From contig JAURGT010000003.1 of NCBI GenBank assembly GCA_030833665.1, positions 6,533 to 70,532 of the forward strand: DNA of 64,000 bases, in the 5' to 3' direction. The position numbers and the translations under genes are program-made. Each line of letters begins with the position of its first letter. Positions within the stretch are counted from its first letter, which is position 1. Under the pieces are notes generated by a model. The model was not told where the DNA came from, did not search any database, and was given only the letters and a program-made list of their open reading frames with translations. Below, piece after piece: positions 50,940 to 59,245 of this stretch. Source of the stretch: Miltoncostaeales bacterium (GTDB lineage Bacteria; Actinomycetota; Thermoleophilia; Miltoncostaeales; Miltoncostaeaceae).

Positions 50940-51515
50940 ATGGGTCGAATGGCGCGCTGGCTGGGCATGGAGATGGTCACGTGGCTGATCGCCGGCGGCG
51001 TGCTGATGGTGGTGCTGGCGCTCTTCGCCCCCGCCGTTGTTGCCGTGGTGGTGGGCGGGGCGGTCACCCTGGCGCTGGCGATCGGCAGCTGGTCGCGCAG
51101 GAGCCGCAACAGCCTCGTACGGCGGCGCGGGCTCGGCGCGGCCGATCAGATGAGCGGCGAGGAGTTCGAGGACTGGCTGGCGATCCTCTTCCGCGCGGCG
51201 GGCTGGCGCGTGCGGCATACCCGCGTTACCGGCGACTTCGGCGCCGACCTCGTGCTGGGGCACGGCGCCGTGGACGAGCTGGTGGTGCAGGCCAAGCGCC
51301 AGGCACGGCCAGTGGGCGTGGCTGCCGTGCAGCAGGCCACGGCCGCCCGGCTGCACTACGGCACCGAGCAGGCGATGGTGGTGACCAACAGCACCTTCAC
51401 GCCCGCGGCCGTCGAGCTGGCAGCGAGCACCGGGGTGATCCTCTGGGACCGCGAGGACATCTCGCGCGAGCTCCTCTCCCCCGGCGGCCGGCGATCGTCC
51501 GGCGTGGCGGCCTGA
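50940..51515 (+). CDS. membrane-anchored Mrr-like restriction endonuclease-domain protein
   Basis: ATG 50940. Two N-terminal TM segments (MVTWLIAGGVLMVVLALFAPAVVAVVVGGAVTLALAIG). Mrr_cat-like core: FEDWLAILFRAAGWRV......GDFGADLVL......LVVQAKR....VGVAAVQQ........G...AMVVTNSTFTPAA.ELA....VILWD. Confidence 0.75.
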   Translation: MGRMARWLGMEMVTWLIAGGVLMVVLALFAPAVVAVVVGGAVTLALAIGSWSRRSRNSLVRRRGLGAADQMSGEEFEDWLAILFRAAGWRVRHTRVTGDFGADLVLGHGAVDELVVQAKRQARPVGVAAVQQATAARLHYGTEQAMVVTNSTFTPAAVELAASTGVILWDREDISRELLSPGGRRSSGVAA

Positions 51516-51518
51516 GCC

Positions 51519-51704
51519 GTGGGCCGCATGCGGCGCAAGGGCGACCTGCCGACGAAGACGTGCGCCACCTGCGGCCGCCCGTTTGCGTGGCGCAAGAAGT
51601 GGGCCGACCACTGGGATGAGGTGCGCTACTGCTCGGAGCGCTGCCGCCGCAGCCGCCCGCCCGGTGCGGATACCCCCGGCGCGGGGTCCGGCGACACGGA
51701 TTAG
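51519..51704 (+). CDS. DUF2256 zinc-ribbon protein
   Basis: Track ORF. KGDLPTKTCATCGRPFAWRKKWADHWDEVRYCSERCRR is the characteristic DUF2256 signature (CxxC...CxxxC). Confidence 0.75.
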   Translation: MGRMRRKGDLPTKTCATCGRPFAWRKKWADHWDEVRYCSERCRRSRPPGADTPGAGSGDTD

Positions 51705-51816
51705 GGGAGGAATAAGTTCGCGTCGGGGTGCGTCCAACCTTGACAGTTCCCCTTGCATCGTTGTCCAGCTTCTGCCTTACTCTCCGGACTGTTTGGGACT
51801 ACCCCGAGGAGATGTG

Positions 51817-52026
51817 ATGAACGCGATTACCGACGAGACCACGGCACCCGCCACGGCGCTTGACCGCATGCGCCAGCGTGCCGTCTCGGACTACCTCGCG
51901 GTATCGCGCGGAGCCGGGGTGTTCTCGAGCATGGACGACTACCTCGCTGCCGAGGAGCGCGCATGGGACCGCCTCCAGGCGGCCATCGGTCGCGCCAGGC
52001 GCGTGGAGGAGTCCGCGCTCGTCTAG
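51817..52026 (+). CDS. hypothetical small protein (69 aa)
   Basis: ATG 51817 is preceded by GAGGAG (51806-51811). MNAITDETTAPATALDRMRQRAVSDYLAV.... It is the C-terminal part of track ORF 51583..52026. Confidence 0.45.
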   Translation: MNAITDETTAPATALDRMRQRAVSDYLAVSRGAGVFSSMDDYLAAEERAWDRLQAAIGRARRVEESALV

Positions 52027-52134
52027 GCATGGGGATCACGTGGGTCCGGAGAGGCACGGGGGCGGCGATGAGCCGCCCCCGTCGCATTCCGGGGCGCCGG
52101 GATCGACCAGAGGCGCTTGCGCGTCCGTCCGTTT

Positions 52135-52179
52135 GACGTAAAATCAACCGTGAAATGACGTCAGTTCGACGTAAAATCA
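52135..52179 (+). promoter_or_regulatory. AT-rich repeat element in front of nadB: direct repeat GACGTAAAATCA x2 flanking the near-palindrome GAAATGACGTCAGTTC
   Basis: DR1 52135-52146, palindrome 52152-52167 (core TGACGTCA 52156-52163), DR2 52168-52179. Each DR contains a -10-like TAAAAT. Confidence 0.5.
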
Positions 52180-53711
52180 CAGTGCACCACCCCGCCGTGG
52201 TCGTGGGATCCGGCTTGGGCGGCCTGGCGGCGGCCCTGCGCATCGCCGCGCACCGTGACGTGATCGTGGTCACCAAGGGCGCGCTCGGCGAGGGCAGCAC
52301 GAGTTGGGCGCAGGGCGGCATCGCAGCCGCCCTCGGCCCGGGGGACACGGTGCAGGCGCATGCCGCCGACACGCTGCTGGCGGGCGCCGGCCTGGCGGAT
52401 GCCGCCGCCGCAGATGCCATCTGCGCGGATGCCCCCGGCATCATCGCCGACCTCGCCGCACTCGGCGTCGCGTTCGACCGCGACCGTGGTCAGTTGGCCC
52501 TCGCCCGCGAGGGCGCCCACTCCCTCCCCCGGGTGGCGCACGTGGGCGGGGATGCCACGGGGCGCCACGTGATCGACGCCCTCGCGCTGCGGGTGCGCCG
52601 TCACGAGCGCATCCGCGTCGTCGAGCATCGCCGGGTGGATGACCTCCTGGTGGATGCCCCCGGCATCCGCGGCGTGCGGCTGGCCGGAGGCGAGGTGCTG
52701 CCCGCCGACCGGGTTGTGCTCGCGACAGGCGGCTCGGGTCACCTGTTCGCGCGCACCACGAACCCCGCGGGCGCCACGGCTGACGGCCCCGCCCTCGCCC
52801 GTCGCGCGGGCGCGGCGCTGGCTGACATGGAGATGGTGCAGTTCCACCCCACCGCGCTCGCCACCGGCACGAGCCCGCTCTCCCTGGTGAGCGAGGCCGT
52901 GCGCGGCGCGGGCGGCATGCTCTACGACTGCCACGGGGATCCCGTCATGGCGGGCGTGCACCCGATGGGAGACCTCGGGCCGCGCGACGTCGTTGCGCGC
53001 GCCGTGTTCCGGCGAGCCCGTGAGACCGGCCGCGACGTGGTGATGAGCCTCGCGCACCTCGACCCCGAACGCGTCCACACCAGATTCCCCGAGGTCGCCG
53101 CCCTCTGCGCGGCGCACGGGATCGACCTCGCGCGCGACCCCGTGCCGGTCACCCCGGCGGCCCACTACGGAATGGGCGGGGTGCTCACCGACCTGCGCGG
53201 GCGCACCACCGTTCCCGGCCTCTGGGCCGTTGGCGAGTGCGCCTGCACGGGCGTGCACGGGGCGAACCGCCTGGCGTCCAACGGCCTCCTCGAGGCCGCC
53301 GCCCTCGGTCGCCGCGCGGCCGACGACGTGGCCGCTGGTGGTGGCCCGCCGGCGCCCGGCCCGCGCGCCGAGGCCACCCCGTTCGTCCCGGGCCCAGCGG
53401 ACGGCGCGGCGGTGCGCGACGCCGTGGGGCGCATCATGTGGCAGGGCTGCGGCCTGGAGCGCGATAGCAGGGGCCTCGCGCAGGCGATCGTCGCGCTTGA
53501 CGCCCTGCCCCGCCCCGCCGACGCCGAGGCTGCGGGCCTCCTGGACATCGCCCGCCTCACCGCCCTCGCCGCGCAGGCGCGCGAGGAGAGCCGCGGCGCC
53601 CACTTCCGCACCGACTTCCCGGAGCCGGACCCCTCGCAGGCGCACCGCACATGCTGGGCCGGAGACACCCCGACGGCCATGCCGTCAATCGACCTCACGG
53701 AGGTAGCGTGA
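52155..53711 (+). CDS. nadB: L-aspartate oxidase
   Basis: Track ORF. VVVGSGLGGLAAAL (FAD), WAQGGIAAA, HPTAL, RGAGG, GLWAVGECACTGVHGANRLASN, ESRGAHFR. GTG 52182 is an alternative start that would place the whole repeat element upstream. Confidence 0.9.
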   Translation: MTSVRRKITVHHPAVVVGSGLGGLAAALRIAAHRDVIVVTKGALGEGSTSWAQGGIAAALGPGDTVQAHAADTLLAGAGLADAAAADAICADAPGIIADLAALGVAFDRDRGQLALAREGAHSLPRVAHVGGDATGRHVIDALALRVRRHERIRVVEHRRVDDLLVDAPGIRGVRLAGGEVLPADRVVLATGGSGHLFARTTNPAGATADGPALARRAGAALADMEMVQFHPTALATGTSPLSLVSEAVRGAGGMLYDCHGDPVMAGVHPMGDLGPRDVVARAVFRRARETGRDVVMSLAHLDPERVHTRFPEVAALCAAHGIDLARDPVPVTPAAHYGMGGVLTDLRGRTTVPGLWAVGECACTGVHGANRLASNGLLEAAALGRRAADDVAAGGGPPAPGPRAEATPFVPGPADGAAVRDAVGRIMWQGCGLERDSRGLAQAIVALDALPRPADAEAAGLLDIARLTALAAQAREESRGAHFRTDFPEPDPSQAHRTCWAGDTPTAMPSIDLTEVA

Positions 53712-54808
53712 CCACGATCGCCCCCAGCTGCGCCATCCCGGCGCCCGAGGAGACGGTCCCCGAAGCGGATCTCATCGCACGCGCGACAGCGGCCAGAGAG
53801 GCCCTGGGCGACCGCCTGGTGATCCTGGGCCACCACTACCAGAAGCACGAGGTCATCCGGTTCGCCGACATCACAGGCGACTCGTTCCTGCTCGCGCGCC
53901 GCGGGGCCGAGGCCACGCAGGCCGACCTGGTGGTGTTCCTCGGCGTCTACTTCATGGCCGAGGCCGCGGACATCCTCGCCCAGCCACACCAGCGCGTGGT
54001 GCTGCCCGACCTCGGCGCCGGCTGCCACCTGGCCGAGTGCGCGGACATCTTCACGGTGAACGACGCCTGGGAGCAGATCACGGCGCAGTTCCCCGATCGC
54101 ACGATCGTGCCGCTCACCTACATGAACTCCGGCGCCGACCTGAAGGCCTTCGTGGGCCGAAACGGCGGCGCGGTATGCACCTCGGGCAACGCCGAGCGCG
54201 CCTTCCGCTGGGCCCGTGAGCAGGGCGACATGGTCTTCTTCTTCCCCGATGAGCACCTGGGACGCAACACGGCGTGCCTGCTGGGGATGGACCCATCCGA
54301 CCCGGTGGTGTGGGATCCCCGCCAGGCCGAGCTCGGGGGCATCGCCCCCGACGCCCTGGCGGCGTCGGAGATCGTGCTCTGGAAGGGCTTCTGCAACGTG
54401 CACACCGGATTCACGGTGCGGCAGATCGACGAGGCCCGGGCCACCCACCCCGGCGTGACGGTAATCGTGCACCCCGAGTGCCCGCGCCCGGTGGTGGAGG
54501 CCGCCGACGAGGACGGCAGCACCGAGTACATCATCCGGCGCCTCGACGAACTCCCCGCGGGCTCGACCGTGGCCATCGGCACCGACTGGAACCTGGTTGA
54601 CCGCCTGCGCATCAACCACCCCGACAAGACGGTGTTCTGCCTGAAGGAGGACCTCTGCCCGTGCGTCACCATGAACCGCATCACGCTTCCGAAGCTCACG
54701 TGGACGCTCGAGAACCTGGCGGCCGGTGAGGTGATGAACGTGGTGAGCGTGGACGAGGAGATGGCGGCCGAGGCGCGCCTGGCCCTCGACCGCATGCTGG
54801 CCCTCTGA
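53708..54808 (+). CDS. nadA: quinolinate synthase (long type)
   Basis: GTG 53708 follows GGAGG and overlaps the nadB stop (GTGA). ILGHHYQ, FMAEAADIL, CHLAEC, YMNSGA, CNVH, HPEC. Confidence 0.9.
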   Translation: MTTIAPSCAIPAPEETVPEADLIARATAAREALGDRLVILGHHYQKHEVIRFADITGDSFLLARRGAEATQADLVVFLGVYFMAEAADILAQPHQRVVLPDLGAGCHLAECADIFTVNDAWEQITAQFPDRTIVPLTYMNSGADLKAFVGRNGGAVCTSGNAERAFRWAREQGDMVFFFPDEHLGRNTACLLGMDPSDPVVWDPRQAELGGIAPDALAASEIVLWKGFCNVHTGFTVRQIDEARATHPGVTVIVHPECPRPVVEAADEDGSTEYIIRRLDELPAGSTVAIGTDWNLVDRLRINHPDKTVFCLKEDLCPCVTMNRITLPKLTWTLENLAAGEVMNVVSVDEEMAAEARLALDRMLAL

Positions 54809-55620
54809 TGGACCTGGCCGACCTCGTGGCCGCCGCGCTGGCCGAGGACCTCGGCGAGCGCGGCGACGTGACCTCGCTCGTCACGATTCCCGACGACGCC
54901 CGGGCCCGAGGTCGCGTGGTGGCCCGCTCGGGTGGGGTGCTGGCCGGGCGCGCGTTCGGCGAGGAGGTGCTGCGCCAGATGGGCGTCACCGGCACCTGGC
55001 AGGCCACCGACGGCGCGGTGCTGTCACCCGGCGAGAGCGTGCTGGGTGTCGATGGGCCCGCCCGTGCGGTGCTGTCCGCCGAGCGCACGCTGCTCAACGG
55101 CATGTCGCACCTCTCGGGCATCGCCACGCTCACCGCGCGCTACGTCGAGGCCGCGCGCCCGGCGAAGGTTCTCGACACCCGCAAGACCACCCCGGGGTGG
55201 CGCCTCCTCGAGAAGCAGGCGGTGGCGGCCGGCGGCGGCGTGAACCACCGCATGGGCCTGCACGACATGGTGCTGGTCAAGGACAACCACCTGGCGATCG
55301 GCGGCGTCGACCTCGCGGCGGCGCTCGGGCGCGCCCGCAGGGAGTTGCCCGGGGTGCCCGTGGAGGTGGAGGCCGACGACCTCCCGGGCGTGGAGCTGGC
55401 GCTCGAGGCGGGAGCCGATCGCGTGCTGCTTGACAACATGGATGAGGCCACGATGCGGCAGGCCGTGGAACTCTGCCGTGGCAGGGCGGTCACCGAGGCC
55501 TCCGGCGGAATGGATCTGGAGGGGGTCGCGCGCGCTGGCGGATGCGGCGTGGACTACGTGAGCGTGGGTGCGCTCACGCACTCCTCTCCCGCCCTCGACC
55601 TCGCCCTCGACCTGGACTAG
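54808..55620 (+). CDS. nadC: nicotinate-nucleotide diphosphorylase (carboxylating)
   Basis: Track ORF. AERTLLN, DTRKTTPG.R.LEK.AV..GGG.NHR.GL.D..L.KDNH, SGG. The ATG overlaps the nadA TGA by 1 nt. Confidence 0.9.
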   Translation: MDLADLVAAALAEDLGERGDVTSLVTIPDDARARGRVVARSGGVLAGRAFGEEVLRQMGVTGTWQATDGAVLSPGESVLGVDGPARAVLSAERTLLNGMSHLSGIATLTARYVEAARPAKVLDTRKTTPGWRLLEKQAVAAGGGVNHRMGLHDMVLVKDNHLAIGGVDLAAALGRARRELPGVPVEVEADDLPGVELALEAGADRVLLDNMDEATMRQAVELCRGRAVTEASGGMDLEGVARAGGCGVDYVSVGALTHSSPALDLALDLD

Positions 55621-55704
55621 CCCTTCGTGGCCCCGGCCATCGTGTCGGCGGTGGCCGCACCCCGGCAGGCGACGTATCGCCGGGACCGCGTGTACGGTCA
55701 CGAA

Positions 55705-57567
55705 ATGAGCGAACCAATGAATTCCCCAGATCAGCCCAGCGGCCTCTCGCGCAGGCGCTTTCTGCAAACAGGCGCGGCCGCCGCTGGGTCCCTCTACCTC
55801 GGCGGGCTGGCCACGGGCCAGGCATCCGCTGCAGCGCGCGAGTCGGCAGCCGCGGGCGTGGACTTCGGCGAGATGAACGTCGTGATCTTCATGACCGATC
55901 AGGAGACCTACCACGACACCATCTTCCCCAAGGGCTGGCTCGAGAAGAACCTTCCGGGCTACGCGCAGCTCAAGCGGCACGGAATGACCTTCGAGAACGC
56001 GTACACGAACACGTGCGCGTGCTCACCGGCGCGCACCACGATCATGACCGGCCAGTACCCGGCCCAGCACGGCGTGAAGTACGTGCTGGAGCACGACCTG
56101 TGGGGCCCCAACTACCCGCAGGTGGACATGCTGCCCGCGAACAAGATGCCGAACATCGCCAGCGTGATGGCGGCTGCCGGGTACTACACCGTCTACAAGG
56201 GCAAGTGGCACTGCAGCAAGTACCCACCCGCCACCGCGCCGACCCTTCCCCAGCCGTCGGACCAGCAGAACGACCCCGCCTACCCGCCGGAGGTAAACCG
56301 CGCGGATTACCCGCCGAGCCCCATCACGGGCTCCGACCCCGTGGACATGCTCGTGCCGTACGGGTGGAACCGCTGGAATGCCCCGGACGCCGGCGCCAAC
56401 CAGGCCATCGAGCAGATGGGCGGCGGAATCGCCAACCATGACGGCCGCATCATGGCGTCGCGTGGACCGGTGGAGATGGGCGACGAGGGCGTGCTCGAAT
56501 TCATCAGGAACTGGCCCGAGATCCAGAAGACCCTCCCGCCGGGTCAGCGCAAGTTCTGCCTGGTCGTCTCACTCGTGAACCCGCACGACGTGCTCGCCTA
56601 CCCCCGCCGCTACGTGGCGGGGGGCTACAGCCAGGCATGGCTGCAGGGCGACATGGAGCTCCCTGACACGGTGGCGGAACGACTTGTGACAAAGCCCCGG
56701 GCCCAGGGCATCTTCAAGGCCCTGGTTGCTGCAGGCACCGGCCCGCTGCGAGGCGACAAGGCGAAGCTCAACTACCTCAACTTCTACGCCAACCTCATGA
56801 AGGCATCGGACAACTTCCTCACGAACATCCTCGCCGCCATGCGGGCCGTGGGGTACGACGCCGACGTTCCCGCCAACTCCCAGTTCGGCCTGCTGGGCCA
56901 GACCCTGGTCATCCGCACGGCGGACCATGGGGAGATGGGACTCACGAATGGCGGGCAGCGCCAGAAGTGGTTCAACATGTACGAGCCGACCATCAACATC
57001 CCGTTGATCTTCTCGAACCCCATCGCGTGGCCGAAGCCCGTGTCGAGCAAGGCCCTCGTCTCGCACGTCGACCTGCTGCCGACGCTCGCCAGCCTCGTGG
57101 GTGCGCCCACGCCCGCGCGAGCCCCGTGGCCGGGCAAGGACTACTCGTCGTTGCTCAGAAACCCCAAGGCCCCTCCGGTGCAGGACTACATCGTCTTCAC
57201 CAACGACGACTTCCAGGCGGCAGCGGCCAACTACTTCGTCCCACCGCCGAATCACATCCTCGGGATCCGTGAGAAGCGGTGGAAGCTTGCCAAGTACTAC
57301 GACCTCAACAACCAGGTCGCGCCGGAGTACGAGATGTACGACCTGCTCAGGGACCCGCAGGAAACGACGAACCTGGCGTACAAGCGCTATCGGCGCAATG
57401 CGATCCAGGAAAAGAACTTCCGGCGACTGAAGGCGAAGCTTGACGCACTTCAGGGGACGCTGCTTCAGCCGCTGCCCAACACACCGCAACCGGTGGGGAT
57501 GCCGCCGCCGGGGTGGGGCGACATCAAGAAGCTCAGCCAGGTCGGCAGGGGCTGGACCGGCGGGTGA
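55705..57567 (+). CDS. Tat-exported sulfatase (formylglycine-dependent type)
   Basis: ATG 55705. Twin-arginine signal LSRRRFLQTGAAAAG. Sulfatase signature CACSPARTTIMTGQ (C-x-P-x-R). DHGEMG. 620 aa. Confidence 0.85.
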   Translation: MSEPMNSPDQPSGLSRRRFLQTGAAAAGSLYLGGLATGQASAAARESAAAGVDFGEMNVVIFMTDQETYHDTIFPKGWLEKNLPGYAQLKRHGMTFENAYTNTCACSPARTTIMTGQYPAQHGVKYVLEHDLWGPNYPQVDMLPANKMPNIASVMAAAGYYTVYKGKWHCSKYPPATAPTLPQPSDQQNDPAYPPEVNRADYPPSPITGSDPVDMLVPYGWNRWNAPDAGANQAIEQMGGGIANHDGRIMASRGPVEMGDEGVLEFIRNWPEIQKTLPPGQRKFCLVVSLVNPHDVLAYPRRYVAGGYSQAWLQGDMELPDTVAERLVTKPRAQGIFKALVAAGTGPLRGDKAKLNYLNFYANLMKASDNFLTNILAAMRAVGYDADVPANSQFGLLGQTLVIRTADHGEMGLTNGGQRQKWFNMYEPTINIPLIFSNPIAWPKPVSSKALVSHVDLLPTLASLVGAPTPARAPWPGKDYSSLLRNPKAPPVQDYIVFTNDDFQAAAANYFVPPPNHILGIREKRWKLAKYYDLNNQVAPEYEMYDLLRDPQETTNLAYKRYRRNAIQEKNFRRLKAKLDALQGTLLQPLPNTPQPVGMPPPGWGDIKKLSQVGRGWTGG

Positions 57568-57573
57568 TGCCGA

Positions 57574-57612
57574 CCCGCGCGTGCCCCGGATAAGTCCGGT
57601 GGCACGCGCGGG
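57574..57612. terminator. 12-bp perfect hairpin between the convergent sulfatase gene and the secreted-protein gene
   Basis: CCCGCGCGTGCC (57574-57585) pairs with GGCACGCGCGGG (57601-57612). Confidence 0.55.
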
Positions 57613-57621
57613 TGGTGTGTC

Positions 57622-59133
57622 CTACCTCCCGTCGCGCACCCGCACCAGGCCCGGGAGCACGCCGACGAAGCCGTCGCCATTCGGCGCCACGTAGAGCGAC
57701 GCGTAGCTGTTGTTGAAGCGCGGCCCCTTCCCGACGAGCCGGCTGTAGACCTCCTTGCCGGTGCGGAAGTCGATGGCCGTCCAGTACCACGCCGCGGTGT
57801 TCTTCCGGTGCGAGTAGGTGTAGACGAGGCCGGTCCTCGAGGAGGCCTTCGACACCACGCTCGGCACGACCACCTTGGTGTTGGTCCACTTCGTGGTGCA
57901 GGTGCCGTCGGACGCCACATCGACGCGCGTCATTCCCGGCACCACCTTGTTGGCGTCAGTTGCCGGGTTGGCGAACCCGTAGTTGTTCTCGGCGATGAGT
58001 GAGTTGCCCACCGAGATGAGCGAGTTCTCCGTGGCGCTGGCGCCCTTGGCGAAGACCGGCACCTTGCACACGACGGCGCCCGTGGCATTGTCGTACACCA
58101 CGACGTTCTCGGGGTCGGCGTTGTCGGCGATGGCCACGCGCTTGCCCGGCATCACCGTGGGGGTGGTGCCAGACCCGGGCGTCTTCTGACCGGGCTTCAC
58201 CGTGTTTGTGTTGTCGTAGGCCGTGCGCCACGTGGCCGTGGGCGCCCCGCCCACCGACTGGAAGCGGTACATCGCCTGCGTGCTGACGACGTAGACGCCG
58301 CCGGAGGAATCCATCGCGAACGAGTTGCCGATGGCCTCGTTCAGCACGGCCGGCTGGCCGCTCTGCCCGGCAAGCGGATTGGGCACCGTGCCGGTGAGCT
58401 TCGTCACCTGCACGAGGGGCTGGCCCGCCGCGGGGTTCTTGTTGACCACGCCCACGACGCCCAACTTGGTGGCGAACCAGATGTTGCCGCGGGAGTCCGG
58501 AAGCGCGGACTGGATGACGTCGGCGTTCGACCCGATGAAGCTGCTGAGGTCGATGTCGTACATGATCTTGAAGAATGTGATGCCGCGCCTGGTTACCGGC
58601 CGGTAGGTGATGAGGTGCTGGGTGGCCGTTGACACCACGGCCTGCCCCTGGTTGTCGAGGTAGAAGTACCCGCCGGCCAGGTCGGTATAGCCGCCGCCGG
58701 AACTCGTGCCCGAAGGCGGAGGGTAGTCGGCAGGTGCCGGCAGTTCGGCCTGGGTGATGATCCTGAGGGTGTTCGGATCCATGAGCGTGAGGAACGCGCT
58801 GGTGAACGGCAGCACGCAGATCGCCACGATCTGCCCCCTGCGGTTGAACGTGATGCTCGCGCACTCACCGCCGGCGGCCTTCGAGGCAACGCTCATGTTC
58901 CGCCCGAGGGGACCGCCCCAGCGGTAGAGGTCGCTCATGAAGGTGTCGTTGTGGATGTTCGACCTGCCCGCAGGCGCCATGAACGGGTTCGCCGGCGGGG
59001 CGGGCACCACCACCGGCTTGGGCACTGCCGCACGACCGATGAAAGTGGGCGTGGATGCCACTGCGGACATGGGGACGGCGGCGCAGGCCGCAGCGGTGGT
59101 GGCGGCAATTGCGCAGCGGGAAAGGCGGGGCAT
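57622..59133 (-). CDS. hypothetical secreted protein, probably beta-propeller-like
   Basis: Track ORF. ATG 59133 follows AGGAGA. Signal peptide MPRLSRCAIAATTAAACAAVPMSAVAS. Strand-rich, Asn/Thr/Gly-rich composition. No family recognised. Confidence 0.6.
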   Translation of the reverse strand: MPRLSRCAIAATTAAACAAVPMSAVASTPTFIGRAAVPKPVVVPAPPANPFMAPAGRSNIHNDTFMSDLYRWGGPLGRNMSVASKAAGGECASITFNRRGQIVAICVLPFTSAFLTLMDPNTLRIITQAELPAPADYPPPSGTSSGGGYTDLAGGYFYLDNQGQAVVSTATQHLITYRPVTRRGITFFKIMYDIDLSSFIGSNADVIQSALPDSRGNIWFATKLGVVGVVNKNPAAGQPLVQVTKLTGTVPNPLAGQSGQPAVLNEAIGNSFAMDSSGGVYVVSTQAMYRFQSVGGAPTATWRTAYDNTNTVKPGQKTPGSGTTPTVMPGKRVAIADNADPENVVVYDNATGAVVCKVPVFAKGASATENSLISVGNSLIAENNYGFANPATDANKVVPGMTRVDVASDGTCTTKWTNTKVVVPSVVSKASSRTGLVYTYSHRKNTAAWYWTAIDFRTGKEVYSRLVGKGPRFNNSYASLYVAPNGDGFVGVLPGLVRVRDGR

Positions 59134-59245
59134 GTGGTCTCCTGGTCAGGGGGCGCCGCGACGGGGATCCGCGCGGGGCTTCGGGGATGCAAGGCCAGCA
59201 TAGTGGTGCTCGGCAGGCGGCACGAAAGCCGGTAGCGTTGACCCC

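Noticed and set aside
51705-51816. A TTGACA at 51749-51754 in the AT-richer spacer upstream of the 69-aa ORF, as a possible promoter.
   Set aside because: I could not find an acceptable -10 hexamer at 16-19 nt spacing. That is too weak to list as a feature.
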